From contig NC_068981.1 of the NCBI RefSeq assembly GCF_001194135.2, forward strand, positions 8,108,406 through 8,172,125: DNA of 63,720 bases. The letters are read 5' to 3'. The DNA is from Octopus bimaculoides (lineage: Eukaryota). Below the pieces are notes generated by a model. The model was not told the origin of the DNA and ran no database searches. It saw only the letters and a program-made list of their open reading frames with translations. Shown piece after piece: positions 39,227-51,257 of the stretch. Each line of letters begins with the position of its first letter. The first letter of the stretch is position 1. Position numbers and translations under genes: made by a program.

Positions 39227-39600
39227 TTGGGTCATCCCATAAATAATGTTGTTTTTCCTACACTTGTTTTATGTTTCAAAATTAAGATAATCAAAGTACT
39301 TCTTTAATCTAAAATATACTCTCCTTCATTTTCTACAATGCTTTTCCGTCTATCTGGTAGACTTGTAAGGTACCTCTTCCAAAGTTTATTTGTCCATGAT
39401 GAAAAATGCTCCTCCAGTACTGCTCTGATCTCGTCTACAGAATTCATATTTTTTCCGTCCAAATGATTCTCAAAACTGTGGAATAGATGATAATCAGATG
39501 GGGCAATGTTCGGCGAATATGGTGGGTGAGGTATCGTTTCCTATTCAACTGTCAGGAAAGATCTGTTTAATAGAGTTTACCACTTCCAGGAAGGTTGGCT
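39227..39600 (-). mobile_element. mariner transposon relic (C-terminal transposase plus 3' TIR)
   Basis: 39540 to 39304 reads ETIPHPPYSPNIAPSDYHLFHSFENHLDG...IVENEGEYILD*; terminus TA-TTGGGTCATCCCATAAATAATG from 39225. Confidence 0.9.
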
Positions 39601-41555
39601 ACATATGTGTGTGTGCGTGTATATATATATATATATATATATATATNNNNNNNNNNNNNNNNNNNNNNNNNNNNNNNNNNNNNNNNNNNNNNNNNNNNNN
39701 NNNNNNNNNNNNNNNNNNNNNNNNNNNNNNNNNNNNNNNNNNNNNNNNNNNNNNNNNNNNNNNNNNNNNNNNNNNNNNNNNNNNNNNNNNNNNNNNNNNN
39801 NNNNNNNNNNNNNNNNNNNNNNNNNNNNNNNNNNNNNNNNNNNNNNNNNNNNNNNNNNNNNNNNNNNNNNNNNNNNNNNNNNNNNNNNNNNNNNNNNNNN
39901 NNNNNNNNNNNNNNNNNNNNNNNNNNNNNNNNNNNNNNNNNNNNNNNNNNNNNNNNNNNNNATATTATAATGTACACAATATGCAGTTACCAGGTATTAA
40001 TAGTTCCATACATTGGAGATGTAGTCTAGAGAAGCAATCTTCAGGCCGCTGCAAATTCATAAACTATCATTTATATATATATATGCAGTCATCAAATTTT
40101 CAATTCTACCAACACATTTTCAGGTTCTTTTTCAAAATATTGTTAATCTAATTTTACATCACCTTAAAATTAAGAATTAAAAATTAAAAATTATACATTA
40201 AAAATATGAATTAGTATACATATATCAAACTTATAAAGTCAAGTATATAATGTCAAATACAAAATATAAGATATAAAATTATACATCAGAATAAAAGTGT
40301 CTGTGATTAAATGTGAAAGATAACATGAAAAATGCAGACACATATCCTCCTTTGATGGACCCAAGATGTCTTTCAAAATGGCGATTAGAGGAAGTGAAGA
40401 TAGCAGAGCACTATGGGAATTTATAGGTGATTAGTACCAAGGGAGATAATTCCACTATGCATAGTTTAATTTAAATTATCTTCTATTATTATCTTCAATC
40501 TATGTTGAGGGATATGCATAATTTGTTATAATTTTTAGTAACATTTAATTAATTTAATTATTTATAGAATCTATTCAAGTACTGTAGAAATCAAAAGTGT
40601 GTGGTTATTAACACACATATACATACATCTGCTAATACACACACCCACTCAAACATACAAATGTATGCCTGTTTTCTGTATGACAATGAATTAGCAATCG
40701 CGTATCACAGACCACAATGTATCCGTTTGCGTACTGTTCGCTTCGTCTAGGAGTATCATGTCTGGCAGTGTAAATATCAATGCATGCAAGCGTGTATAAT
40801 GTATACATATATATATATGTGTGTGTGTGTGTGTATGTGTGTGTGTGTGTGTGTGTGTTCATATTTATTTAGTCTGCCCGCTTGAATTGGTTACAAACAA
40901 CTGAAGTGTGACTACTTGTTAACACATCTAAGCAGCTTATTTCTTTATATGAATGTGTGAACCAGCAAGGAAGAACATGTGTGTGTATGCGTATATATAT
41001 ANNNNNNNNNNNNNNNNNNNNNNNNNNNNNNNNNNNNNNNNNNNNNNNNNNNNNNNNNNNNNNNNNNNNNNNNNNNNNNNNNNNNNNNNNNNNNNNNNNN
41101 NNNNNNNNNNNNNNNNNNNNNNNNNNNNNNNNNNNNNNNNNNNNNNNNNNNNNNNNNNNNNNNNNNNNNNNNNNNNNNNNNNNNNNNNNNNNNNNNNNNN
41201 NNNNNNNNNNNNNNNNNNNNNNNNNNNNNNNNNNNNNNNNNNNNNNNNNNNNNNNNNNNNNNNNNNNNNNNNNNNNNNNNNNNNNNNNNNNNNNNNNNNN
41301 NNNNNNNNNNNNNNNNNNNNNNNNNNNNNNNNNNNNNNNNNNNNNNNNNNNNNNNNNNNNNNNNNNNNNNNNNNNNNNNNNNNNNNNNNNNNNNNNNNNN
41401 NNNNNNNNNNNNNNNNNNNNNNNNNNNNNNNNNNNNNNNNNNNNNNNNNNNNNNNNNNNNNNNNNNNNNNNNNNNNNNNNNNNNNNNNNNNNNNNNNNNN
41501 NNNNNNNNNNNNNNNNNNNNNNNNNNNNNNNNNNNNNNNNNNNNNNNNNNNNNNN

Positions 41556-41625
<70 letters not shown>

Positions 41626-42289
41626 ATGCTTGCGTGTACCTGTGCTTATACTTCGTGTGTTTGAGTGTCTCTGCATATTCCAATGTTGATCTGTTGTGGG
41701 AACGTATCTATTTGAATAAATGCATGCTTGAGTGCGCATGTGTGTGAGTGTGAATGTGGGGAGGGGGCTTACGTGTGTGTGTTTTCGTATGGTCGTGCGA
41801 GTGTGGCTGCGTAGGAGAGAGAGCGAAAGAGAGAGAGGGTGCTTGTGTTTGTGAGTGAGAGAGTGTATGTCCGTGTTTGGAGGTGTAAATGAGGGNNNNN
41901 NNNNNNNNNNNNNNNNNNNNNNNNNNNNNNNNNNNNNNNNNNNNNNNNNNNNNNNNNNNNNNNNNNNNNNNNNNNNNNNNNNNNNNNNNNNNNNNNNNNN
42001 NNNNNNNNNNNNNNNNNNNNNNNNNNNNNNNNNNNNNNNNNNNNNNNNNNNNNNNNNNNNNNNNNNNNNNNNNNNNNNNNNNNNNNNNNNNNNNNNNNNN
42101 NNNNNTTTGTCTTTTGATTTTAGGCCGTCGAATGACAGATAGAACAAAAAATAAAATCCTGGCGGTTTGACTAAGTTCAAAATGGAAAACAAAGCAACGT
42201 AAACTGGTCGCAATATCAATCAAGTATTTGACCAAATGACCGCCAACGAATGGTGTCGCTCATTATTTGTTCCGAAAATTTTGTAAGGG

Positions 42290-42706
42290 ATTCGAAAGCT
42301 ACTTTCAGTTCAGTTTTCGTGTCTATCCTCTTTTATGGTCATGAATGCTGGGGTCAAAATGCAAACGGTAGAAATAAAGTTCCTCTGGAATAACATTATT
42401 GGACAAGATGCATAGCTCCAAGTCGAACTGCTACTTCTCTGCATTGAGAGGTCACAGATCTGGTGCTATGGACGCGTGATTAGAATGTCGCAGGAAATAA
42501 TCACCGCAAGAAATGTTGAAACCAACCGACAGGAGACCAAGAACGAAATTGCTGAATAATATCCATAGATTCAGTTGGTCATACTTGGGAACTCCCCAGG
42601 AAGGTGTAATGACGATGGCTTTTGATAGGACCCTATGAAGGAAATGCCTGAGGACTCATCTCCAATAATCCAGATATGAGCGGAAAAAAATGGATGGATG
42701 GATGGA
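42290..42706 (+). mobile_element. RTE (Expander/Rex3-like) LINE 3' end with (GGAT)n tail
   Basis: VSILFYGHECW, VELLLLCIERSQIWCYGRVIRM, ending gagcggaaaaaaatggatggatggatgg. Confidence 0.8.
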
Positions 42707-42929
42707 AACTAGAGCTTTGAAGATGAGGAAAGTCGAGACAGACTTTCATCAGTTGACAAATTAAACATTGATTAACAAACTAAAATTCATTCTTGGTGCC
42801 AATCTAATCCATGGAAAACAACTGAAGACTATAAAAGAATTAAACGATAGGATAGTCAATAGTTTTTTTTTTCTTTTTTTTTCTTTGTGGGCCGTTGACA
42901 TTTACACCCCCCTGGCACTTCAAAACGCT

Positions 42930-43790
42930 CAACAAATGGTTGCTACCAGAGCTTAATAAAACAATAATTTTCCGTTACGAAGTTTGCTCTGTTTCTTTCG
43001 CGCAATAAACAAGATCCAATTCTTGGTCACATTTTGAAACGTAATGAAAAGTGAATTCTGTATGATGAGATTCTACGCTGAGAATCGACCGAAGTGAAGA
43101 ACCGAAGCACTTTCCTAAACTGAAGCTGCTCCAAGAGAAATCAATATTTGGTGGTCAACAAGTACAATAATCCAAATATTTCACGAATCCTACTGAAACT
43201 GTTCCAACAGAAAAGTATTTACATGGAATAAACAAAATGTACCAAGAACTGCAACATTTATCTCCAACATTGTTCAATATAGAACGACCAATTCTTTTCC
43301 ATCGTAACACTCGATTGCATGTCTCATAAAACACTCTACGAGATTAAACAGGACATACTAAACTTTGGAAAGAGAAATAATATATTTCTAAATCTCTCAC
43401 AGAGATTTATGCAGTGGCAGCACAATAAAGTGATGGTATGTTATCAACTTAATATGACAGTCCCATAAAAGAGAAGAATGCTACTATTATTTAGCCCTAG
43501 GAAACACTATTTCCTAGGGCTAAATAACAGTAGCATTCTTCCCTTTTACGGGACTATCGCATTAAGTTGACAACATGCTATCACTTTATACTAAACTTTA
43601 TCTCATCTAATTTTCTCTCCGGATCTCTCTCCAACAGATTATCACTTTCTCAATCATCTCGGTAACTTTACGCAAAACATCTTCAACAAACAAGAAGCAA
43701 CTTATAACGCCTCGTAAAATTCATTACTTGCAGATCTCCAGAATTCTATGCTATCGGAATGAAGTCTCGTTTCTTGGTAGCTCTAGTGGT
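42930..43790 (+). pseudogene. mariner transposase relic, split by the insertion at 43367-43587
   Basis: KWLLPEL (WVPHEL-like), NEK*ILYD, PILFHRNTRLHV, then after the insertion TLSHLIFSPDLSPTDYHFL (YSPDL-like). Confidence 0.8.
43367..43587 (-). mobile_element. Second copy of the 5974-6539 family, truncated and folded back, 12-bp TSD
   Basis: atactaaacttt at 43355-43366 and 43588-43599; matches 6320-6420 and 6071-6100; arms 43427-43504 and 43510-43587. Confidence 0.88.
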
Positions 43791-46581
43791 TTTATCATTT
43801 ATCTTTTATTTGTTTCACAGAATGTAATAATACCCATAATATAAGAACAGAAAACAGGATAAAATATACGAAAATCGTGATCAGCAGATTCATGCTGAGA
43901 AACAAAAGTCTCTTTTAACGCTTCGGAGGAAATCTCTTTTTCAGAAAGATGAAACAGGAAGATATGTAAAAAAAGATTAGAAAAAAAACAAGCTGAAACT
44001 AATTAAATGTCCGCGCATGTATATCGCACTAGCGCCATTTATGAAAATGATCGGAAGTGAGCGGGGAAAAAAAGGTTTCATGCATGTCAGAGCAGCAAGG
44101 GAGATAAATAGAGTGTAGCGTACGGTAGTTTTATATGGAGGGAGTTTCGTTCAAGTGTTTGTAGCAGTTGGAAGATTATGAGTAGCGCGCGAGAAGGTAT
44201 ATATATATATATGTGTGTGTTTGAGAACTATTCAAGTATGAACGTGTGTACTTATTGAAGATTTGTGTGTGTATGTGTGAGCTGTTCAAAAGTGTGTATT
44301 CGTAGTTGTTTTAGAACTATGGTTGTGGCTTTTTTTGTTTTCTTGATGTGTGGTTGTGTGTGTGTTTTGTACGTGAATCGTCTGCTGTTTGTTTAATTTC
44401 AATTTCTGTATGTTTGCAGTGTATGCATAAGAAAGAGAGAAAAAAGAGAGTGTGCGTGTATGTCTGTGTGTGTATGTGCGTGAGCGTGTGTGTGTGTGTG
44501 TGTGTGTCTGATTGAAAGTCGTATAAGGTAAAAAAAAGGAAAGAATATTACTAATTCTCATGGTATTTACTTGTGTTTCGGAATAGAAAATATTATTTTA
44601 TTCTATTCTAACAGAAAAATAACCGATATTTCTGTATTCACAAATAACGTTTTAAAATTACATCCGTCTTTATAAAATATTTTAGTCTTTACTTCATTCT
44701 TAGAAGCTGGCCACCCTTCAAAGCTGAGTTTCTTGATGTAGAAATATTTGTGAAATATCTGAGAATATATTTCAGACAGAATAATATATTTGATTGTAAT
44801 GATTCTCAGCAATAATTCATGAGAAGCATACAGAACAATATAGGAATACAAACAATAACGTATTTATTCATTTTGAATGTCTTCTGGTAGATTCAAACAT
44901 CAACAGGTTGATCGCTGTTATTTTTCGTCATCAGAGAATACTTCTTTCCTTTATACGGTGTGTTCATGACACAGGTGGAGCTAACCGTGGCGAAATTTTC
45001 TGGGTGGCAAACTTAACCTGTTACACTGTTTAACGTTCCTCCCGCCGCGCCATTCCGGATCCTCATTTGTTTTAGCAGATGTCGCTGTAATATGAGTATT
45101 CAGGTAAGATTGCTAGTCGAAAAAGTAACCCATGGGCTGTGATTACTTTCTCCCAACTGCTTCAGAGCCCTTTCCAAATTTCCTGAGCAAGTACTGATCC
45201 TTTCTCTCTAATTTAAACCATACCTCAATGTTCGTCACCTCCCTCGGTTCCACCTCTTCGTTTCCTCCGTTAGTTCCTTACTTTTATTGATGCCTCTGGT
45301 GGATGACAAGACCGACTTTTGCTTGGAACAATTGGCCACAGAGGTCACACCCAATGGTCATCGGAGGCCTTGGCAGGGGGTAAAAGTTCTTTCATGTCAA
45401 TGTTCATAATAACTTTAAAGACTTTGATTTTCTTAATATGACGCGAAACCAGGCAGGAAACACTGGTTATTTCTTGAATTAAAAAGAAGCATTCGCTGGA
45501 GGCGGGGCAGGGTCTACTCTTAATTTGTATTTCTGAGCCCCTTTATATTGTTGCTCTCCCACACCTATTTCCTATCTGGGCCCTTATTGTTGCTGTCTAA
45601 CAGCATTTGAGTTCCAAGAATTCATACTTATCAATTTTGGCGTCGAGTTGTCGAGGAGACAAAAAATGACTCTAGATTTCTTTGCAAACAACATTTTAAA
45701 GAGTTAATAGACAAAACTTGTATATATAACTAAAATTGTAATACAAGTTCAAACAAATAACGCTATGAAAGAAATAGAGAGACTGTAAACAACTTCATAT
45801 CAGATTAAATTGGTACGAAAATAAAAACTTTATTAAAAAAAAATGAAACAAAATACAATAAAGAAGATACCGAAAAAATTTTACACGTGTCAAAATTTAG
45901 TAAATTGATAGATAAACTAATTTTTCCCTGTCGAAAAATACAGTGCAGTGAAGAAAAAATATGAAAAATAAAAGAAAATTTATATATCACACATAAGTTT
46001 GAAAGTGTTTTAATTAAATTTATAACATGTTTAAAAAGGAAGTATAGAAGCGAAACGATATCACATAAAATTGAATGAAAAACTGTCGAGAAATGAAGAG
46101 AAAGAAAATTGCTATTACATAAACTTCAGCGAATTCATATTACAAAACTTCTATTATACTCTAACAACTATGGTGAATTATGATACTACAATTAATATCA
46201 ACATACATATATAAATATATATATGTATGTGCGTGTATGTAGATGGATAGATAGATACATACATACATACATATATACATACAATACATACATACATACA
46301 TACAAACAAATTCCAGGAACTAATAACTATTGATAAAACATGAAATAGTTTCCCCAAGTAAATTCACTTGTATCCAGTCAGCTGGAATATTTTAACTGTG
46401 TCGACGAAATTACAGTTACAAAAGCCAAGGTTTCGCATCAACTCCGCAGCAGACCGATAAATGAATGATTTTGTTCTGTCTTTGTTTTCTATTTCAGGCC
46501 TACCGTTTCCATTGTGGAATAGCCCAGCCACCATTGAAGTGTAGAGGCTATTATAGTAGTAGTAAAATAAACAGAGACAAG

Positions 46582-46701
46582 GCGCATGCGCGTCAGCGAT
46601 TGGTGAAGCTGTGTGAGTGATTTTATGTTAATCATTCGAACGGCTATTTTGTGAATGCAGACTAAAATGTCTGTGTGTTCAGCAGAGGTGCTGACTCAGC
46701 A
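46582..46701. promoter_or_regulatory. Candidate promoter/enhancer motif cluster (NRF1, half-CRE, CCAAT, MARE)
   Basis: GCGCATGCGC at 46582-46591; GCGTCA at 46590-46595; ATTGG at 46599-46603; TGCTGACTCAGCA at 46689-46701; repeat-free context. Confidence 0.45.
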
Positions 46702-47058
46702 GCACTGACCCCGATGAGAGAGTAACATTCCGGTCTACATCAAAGCTAAAGCTCAGAGTATCGAAAGTTTAGAGGGCATGAAGTATTTTCTGATCCTGGA
46801 TAGAGGTGTCAGTCACTAGGGTGCGGCCTTTTTATTTAAGTGCATGCATGTGTGTGTGTGTGTGTTCATATATGTGTAATACACAAGTTTGTCGATATGT
46901 TTGAATGCATGTTTACATGTGTGTGTATATATATGTGTATATATATATATACATATATATCGGTTTTTTTCATACTGAACTACTTGGCAAAATTGTTAAT
47001 TATTAATTCTATTACTAATTGACGATTCCCTGCCCTTATTCTTGTATAATTTATATAC

Positions 47059-47093
<35 letters not shown>

Positions 47094-47563
47094 TAAGCAT
47101 GCATGTATATATGTTAAAAAACATACGTAAATGAATATGAATATATGCATGTATGTGTATAGGTGGGTAGATAGCTGGGTAGGAACAGAGCTTCAGATAT
47201 CAAGTAGGAAGGTAGCTTCATTCATTTTAGTTGTCGGCGCATGTGTCTGTAATTAAAAGGTTTTTTATATTTTATTTACGCGAGGCATTTCGAAGAAATA
47301 TGATATAAAGCCTGACTATGCAACGCAAGGCACAGGCACACCCGTACATCTGTCTAAATCTATAACGTGCATAAACACATATATATGTATGCGTATGGTA
47401 TACGTATGAATGCATGTGTGCGTATATTTGCACACACTTACACATATGTTTACAAATATATACATTTATCTATCTATCTATATATATATATAGCTATATA
47501 TTTATATACATATTTACACACACACACGCACACACACACACGCACACACACACGCACACACAC

Positions 47564-47594
<31 letters not shown>

Positions 47595-47612
47595 TGTATA
47601 TANNNNNNNNNN

Positions 47613-47686
<74 letters not shown>

Positions 47687-48860
47687 GTAGCCATGGTATT
47701 GGTAGTAGATTGTACAACGTTTTAGAAATGTTTTAACATCACATTAACGTTTCACCTATAACATTTGGAGTTTAATATGTAAACACATGCAGCTAACTAG
47801 GCAGGGACCATTAAAAATGCTTTCACCCACTTAGCAACCGTCTTCTGGGAGGATGGCACATGANNNNNNNNNNNNNNNNNNNNNNNNNNNNNNNNNNNNN
47901 NNNNNNNNNNNNNNNNNNNNNNNNNNNNNNNNNNNNNNNNNNNNNNNNNNNNNNNNNNNNNNNNNNNNNNNNNNNNNNNNNNNNNNNNNNNNNNNNNNNN
48001 NNNNNNNNNNNNNNNNNNNNNNNNNNNNNNNNNNNNNNNNNNNNNNNNNNNNNNNNNNNNNNNNNNNNNNNNNNNNNNNNNNNNNNNNNNNNNNNNNNNN
48101 NNNNNNNNNNNNNNNNNNNNNNNNNNNNNNNNNNNNNNNNNNNNNNNNNNNNNNNNNNNNNNNNNNNNNNNNNNNNNNNNNNNNNNNNNNNNNNNNNNNN
48201 NNNNNNNNNNNNNNNNNNNNNNNNNNNNNNNNNNNNNNNNNNNNNNNNNNNNNNNNNNNNNNNNNNNNNNNNNNNNNNNNNNNNNNNNNNNNNNNNNNNN
48301 NNNNNNNNNNNNNNNNNNNNNNNNNNNNNNNNNNNNNNNNNNNNNNNTAGAGTGATAGTCTCACCCAGACATGGGCCGGGACGAAGCTTTCCATGAAGGG
48401 CAGAACAGAGGTCGCAAAAGTCAACACGTCCCATCTCAATTTACCTCCTGGCTGTTTGTACTTCTACCCTCAGGTCCTTCAACAAGGTGTGCATGGCATG
48501 TCGCGGCAGGTCGCCTGCTGTTAGAGTCTCCCCTGGATTGTTAGCGTTAATGTTATTGAAGCTCAGGCCGGACTTTTGTGGGTAAATTAATATTCGTAAG
48601 GATATATAAATTAATGCCAATAGAAACACTGTGGACGAGGACTGGGTTTTTTTTATAAGTTTGCATCCTGGAATCAAAGCATTTGGGATGTAATTTAGTG
48701 TGAAGAAGTGGGAACGAGGGAGTATCTTCGAGAACGTAGCGGTGTTTACGAAGAAGAGAAACGGGTTTGTAGGGTGTAACATATTGGGGTTGAATGGCAG
48801 CATAGGTGTGTAGAGAAGCGTGGACCTATTGTAATAATAGTGGAACATGGAGGGAGGGAA

Positions 48861-48914
<54 letters not shown>

Positions 48915-49012
48915 GAACATGCCTGTGAAATAGAAGTTGTAGTGATGGTCAGTGAAACAGTGGCTGTGGTGATGGTCAAGTATCTTTGCCATTCGACCAA
49001 ATGCTGGTTTTA

Positions 49013-49217
49013 ATTATTGGTACAAGACCAGCAATTTCGGGGCGGGCAATAAATCGATTACATTGACTTCAGTACTCAACAGGTATTTACTGTATCGACC
49101 CCCAAAAGGTTGAAAGGCAAAGTCGAGCTCGGGGGGCATTTTGAACTCAGAATATAAAGTCGAACGAAATGCCGCTAAGCATTTTATCCGGCTTGCTAAC
49201 GATTCTGCCAGCTCGCC
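49013..49217 (-). mobile_element. SINE family A, full length, diverged
   Basis: tatcgacccccaaaaggttgaaaggcaaagtcg...ccgctaagcatttt...gctaacgattctgccagctcgcc. Confidence 0.85.
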
Positions 49218-50296
49218 AAATTCATTCAACCGAATAGGTGTGACAATGCTATGTATGTGTATGTGTGAGTCTGTATGTATGAGTGTATGTGTGTGTGTTT
49301 GTATGTGTATTTGTGTGTATTTGTGCGTTTGTGTGTGTATATTTGTGCATAAGTATGTGTGTGTGTGTTTGCTCGTATTCGTATGGTCATATTTGTGTGT
49401 GTGTGTGTGTCGTCACTCAAAGAGACCTTCAGAGATGTTCAGACCAAACAGGTTTGAAGCTCTCTGATGTCCGTAAAGATATACCAAAGCTGTTGATCGT
49501 TGCCTCTCCTTCCCCCGACAAGTGATACAAAAAGATGAATATCTACAAAACAATTGAAGTATTAAGACTTTTTCTATGCAGGAATACATTATAAGAGAAA
49601 AGAAATTTATCTGAGTTAGAATAAAGAAGCTGGTGATTGTCTAACAACTACCTCTGTATTATACGTATCTGTAGTTTTCACACATAATGGACAATGTATA
49701 TCTGATGTATTTCAGTTTAGCGGCCTATTAGACATCTTCTTTCTTGTTTCTGGTGTTTTATTTACTACTTACGATCAATATGGAGTATAATATTCAACGT
49801 GCACGCGCGCGTGTGTGTGTGTGTCTGTGTGTGTATGTACTGCCTGCCACGATTCCATTTACGAGTTAAATAGATTTTCCAAGCATAGAGGAAATTCTAG
49901 TTGTTTTACACAAAGCCGTGAGTAAGGCAGAGCTTCTTGGAGAAAGATACTTTGGCATAAAACTTGCAATCAAAAGAGTTCCAGTCATCTTGCAATTTTG
50001 GGCACTGGAACCTCGAGTGACAAAAGTGTTGTTCAAGGTTTTGTCACTTAAATCCAGTGACCTACAGATGGTACACAACAATCATTTCACTTCTTGATGC
50101 GTTTTGTATTTTATGAAGTCCTCTGGTGATGCATGCGTGGCGACGTGTAATGATAAAAGTAAATCTGAACAATCAGGATGAATGTGCGACGGTTTTCGTC
50201 TGACAAAATGAAGCAATCATCTTGTATCTATATACAAACAGAGAAGGAGAGTTCTATATTTAAGAGATTGGAGAATTATGTATATTATTTAGATTA

Positions 50297-50487
50297 GACG
50301 GACATTTGTCTTCATCTTGTTTGTTGTTAACACAACGCTTCGGCTGATATACCCTCCAGCCTTCACCAGGTGTCTTAGGAATGAGAATCCAGGTTAGAAA
50401 TTTCCCCGAGACACCTGATGAAGGCTGGAGGGTATATCAGCCGAAACGTTGTGTTAACAACAAACAAGATGAGGACAAATACCCGTC
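50297..50487. mobile_element. Inverted repeat (79-bp arms, 33-nt spacer) of a PLE-like terminus
   Basis: 50297-50375 is the reverse complement of 50409-50487 with few mismatches. Confidence 0.85.
50410..50455 (+). ncRNA. Minimal type I hammerhead ribozyme
   Basis: GACAC-CTGATGA-A-GGCTG-gagggtatat-CAGCC-GAAA-CG-TT-GTGTT: intact core, 5-bp stem II, ACGT stem III, GUU triplet. Confidence 0.75.
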
Positions 50488-50581
50488 AAATGAAAAATAA
50501 TGTACAGAGAAAGAGAGATTAAGAAGTCAAAACATAATGAACGTCGTATATATATATATTTATATGTGTATGTGTGTGTGT

Positions 50582-50777
50582 GTTTGTTCCCTCACCATCG
50601 CTTGACAACCGATGCTGGTGTGTTTACGTCCCCATAACTTAGCGGTTCGGCAAAAGAGACCGATAGAATAAGTACTAGGCTTACAATGAATAAGTCATGG
50701 GGTCGATTTGCTCGACTAAAGGCGGTGCTCCAGCATGGCCGCAGTCAAATGACTGAAACAAGTAAAAGAATAAAAGA
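50582..50777 (+). mobile_element. SINE family D, 3' half
   Basis: caccatcgcttgacaaccgatgctgg...atgactgaaacaagtaaaagaataaaaga. Confidence 0.92.
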
Positions 50778-50854
50778 ATATATATGTGTGTGTGTGTGTG
50801 CCTGTTCTTGCCTATTTGCGTATACCGTTATAAAACTGCACGCCGTGTTACATC

Positions 50855-51257
50855 TCTTTTACTCTTTTACTTGTTTCAGTCATTTGACTCCGGTCATTCT
50901 GGAGCACCGCCTTTAGTCGAGAAAATCGACCCCAGGACTTATTCTTTGTAAGCCTAGTACTTATTCTATCGGTCTCTTTTGCCGATCCGCTAAGTTACGG
51001 GGACGTAAACACACCAGCTTCGGTTGTTAAGCGATGGTTGGGGGGACAAACACAGACACACAAACACACATACATATATATATATACATATATACGACGG
51101 GCTTCTTTCAGTTTCCGTCTACTAAATCCACTCACAAGGCTTTGGTCGGCCCGAGGCTATAGTAGAAGACACTTGCCCAAGGTGCCACGCAGTGGGAATG
51201 AACCCGGAACCATGTGGTTGGTAAGGAAGCTACTTACCACACAGCCACTCCAGCGCC
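50855..51257 (-). mobile_element. SINE family D, full length, young
   Basis: Minus strand aggcgctggagtggctgtgtggtaagtagc...gggttcattccc through gtaaaagagtaaaaga. Confidence 0.92.

Noticed and set aside
48441-48992. 183-aa minus-strand ORF
   Set aside because: Runs through an (AG)n tract and has no recognisable motif; possibly an old retroelement fragment
49866-50090. Region open on both strands for ~70 codons, with LDLSD on the minus strand and a GTGAGT donor at 49918 on the plus strand
   Set aside because: No recognisable domain and no consistent exon phase; cannot be supported without RNA data
2403-51257. tRNA-like A/B boxes at many SINE heads
   Set aside because: Not tRNA genes: no complete cloverleaf, and each continues into a repeated SINE body
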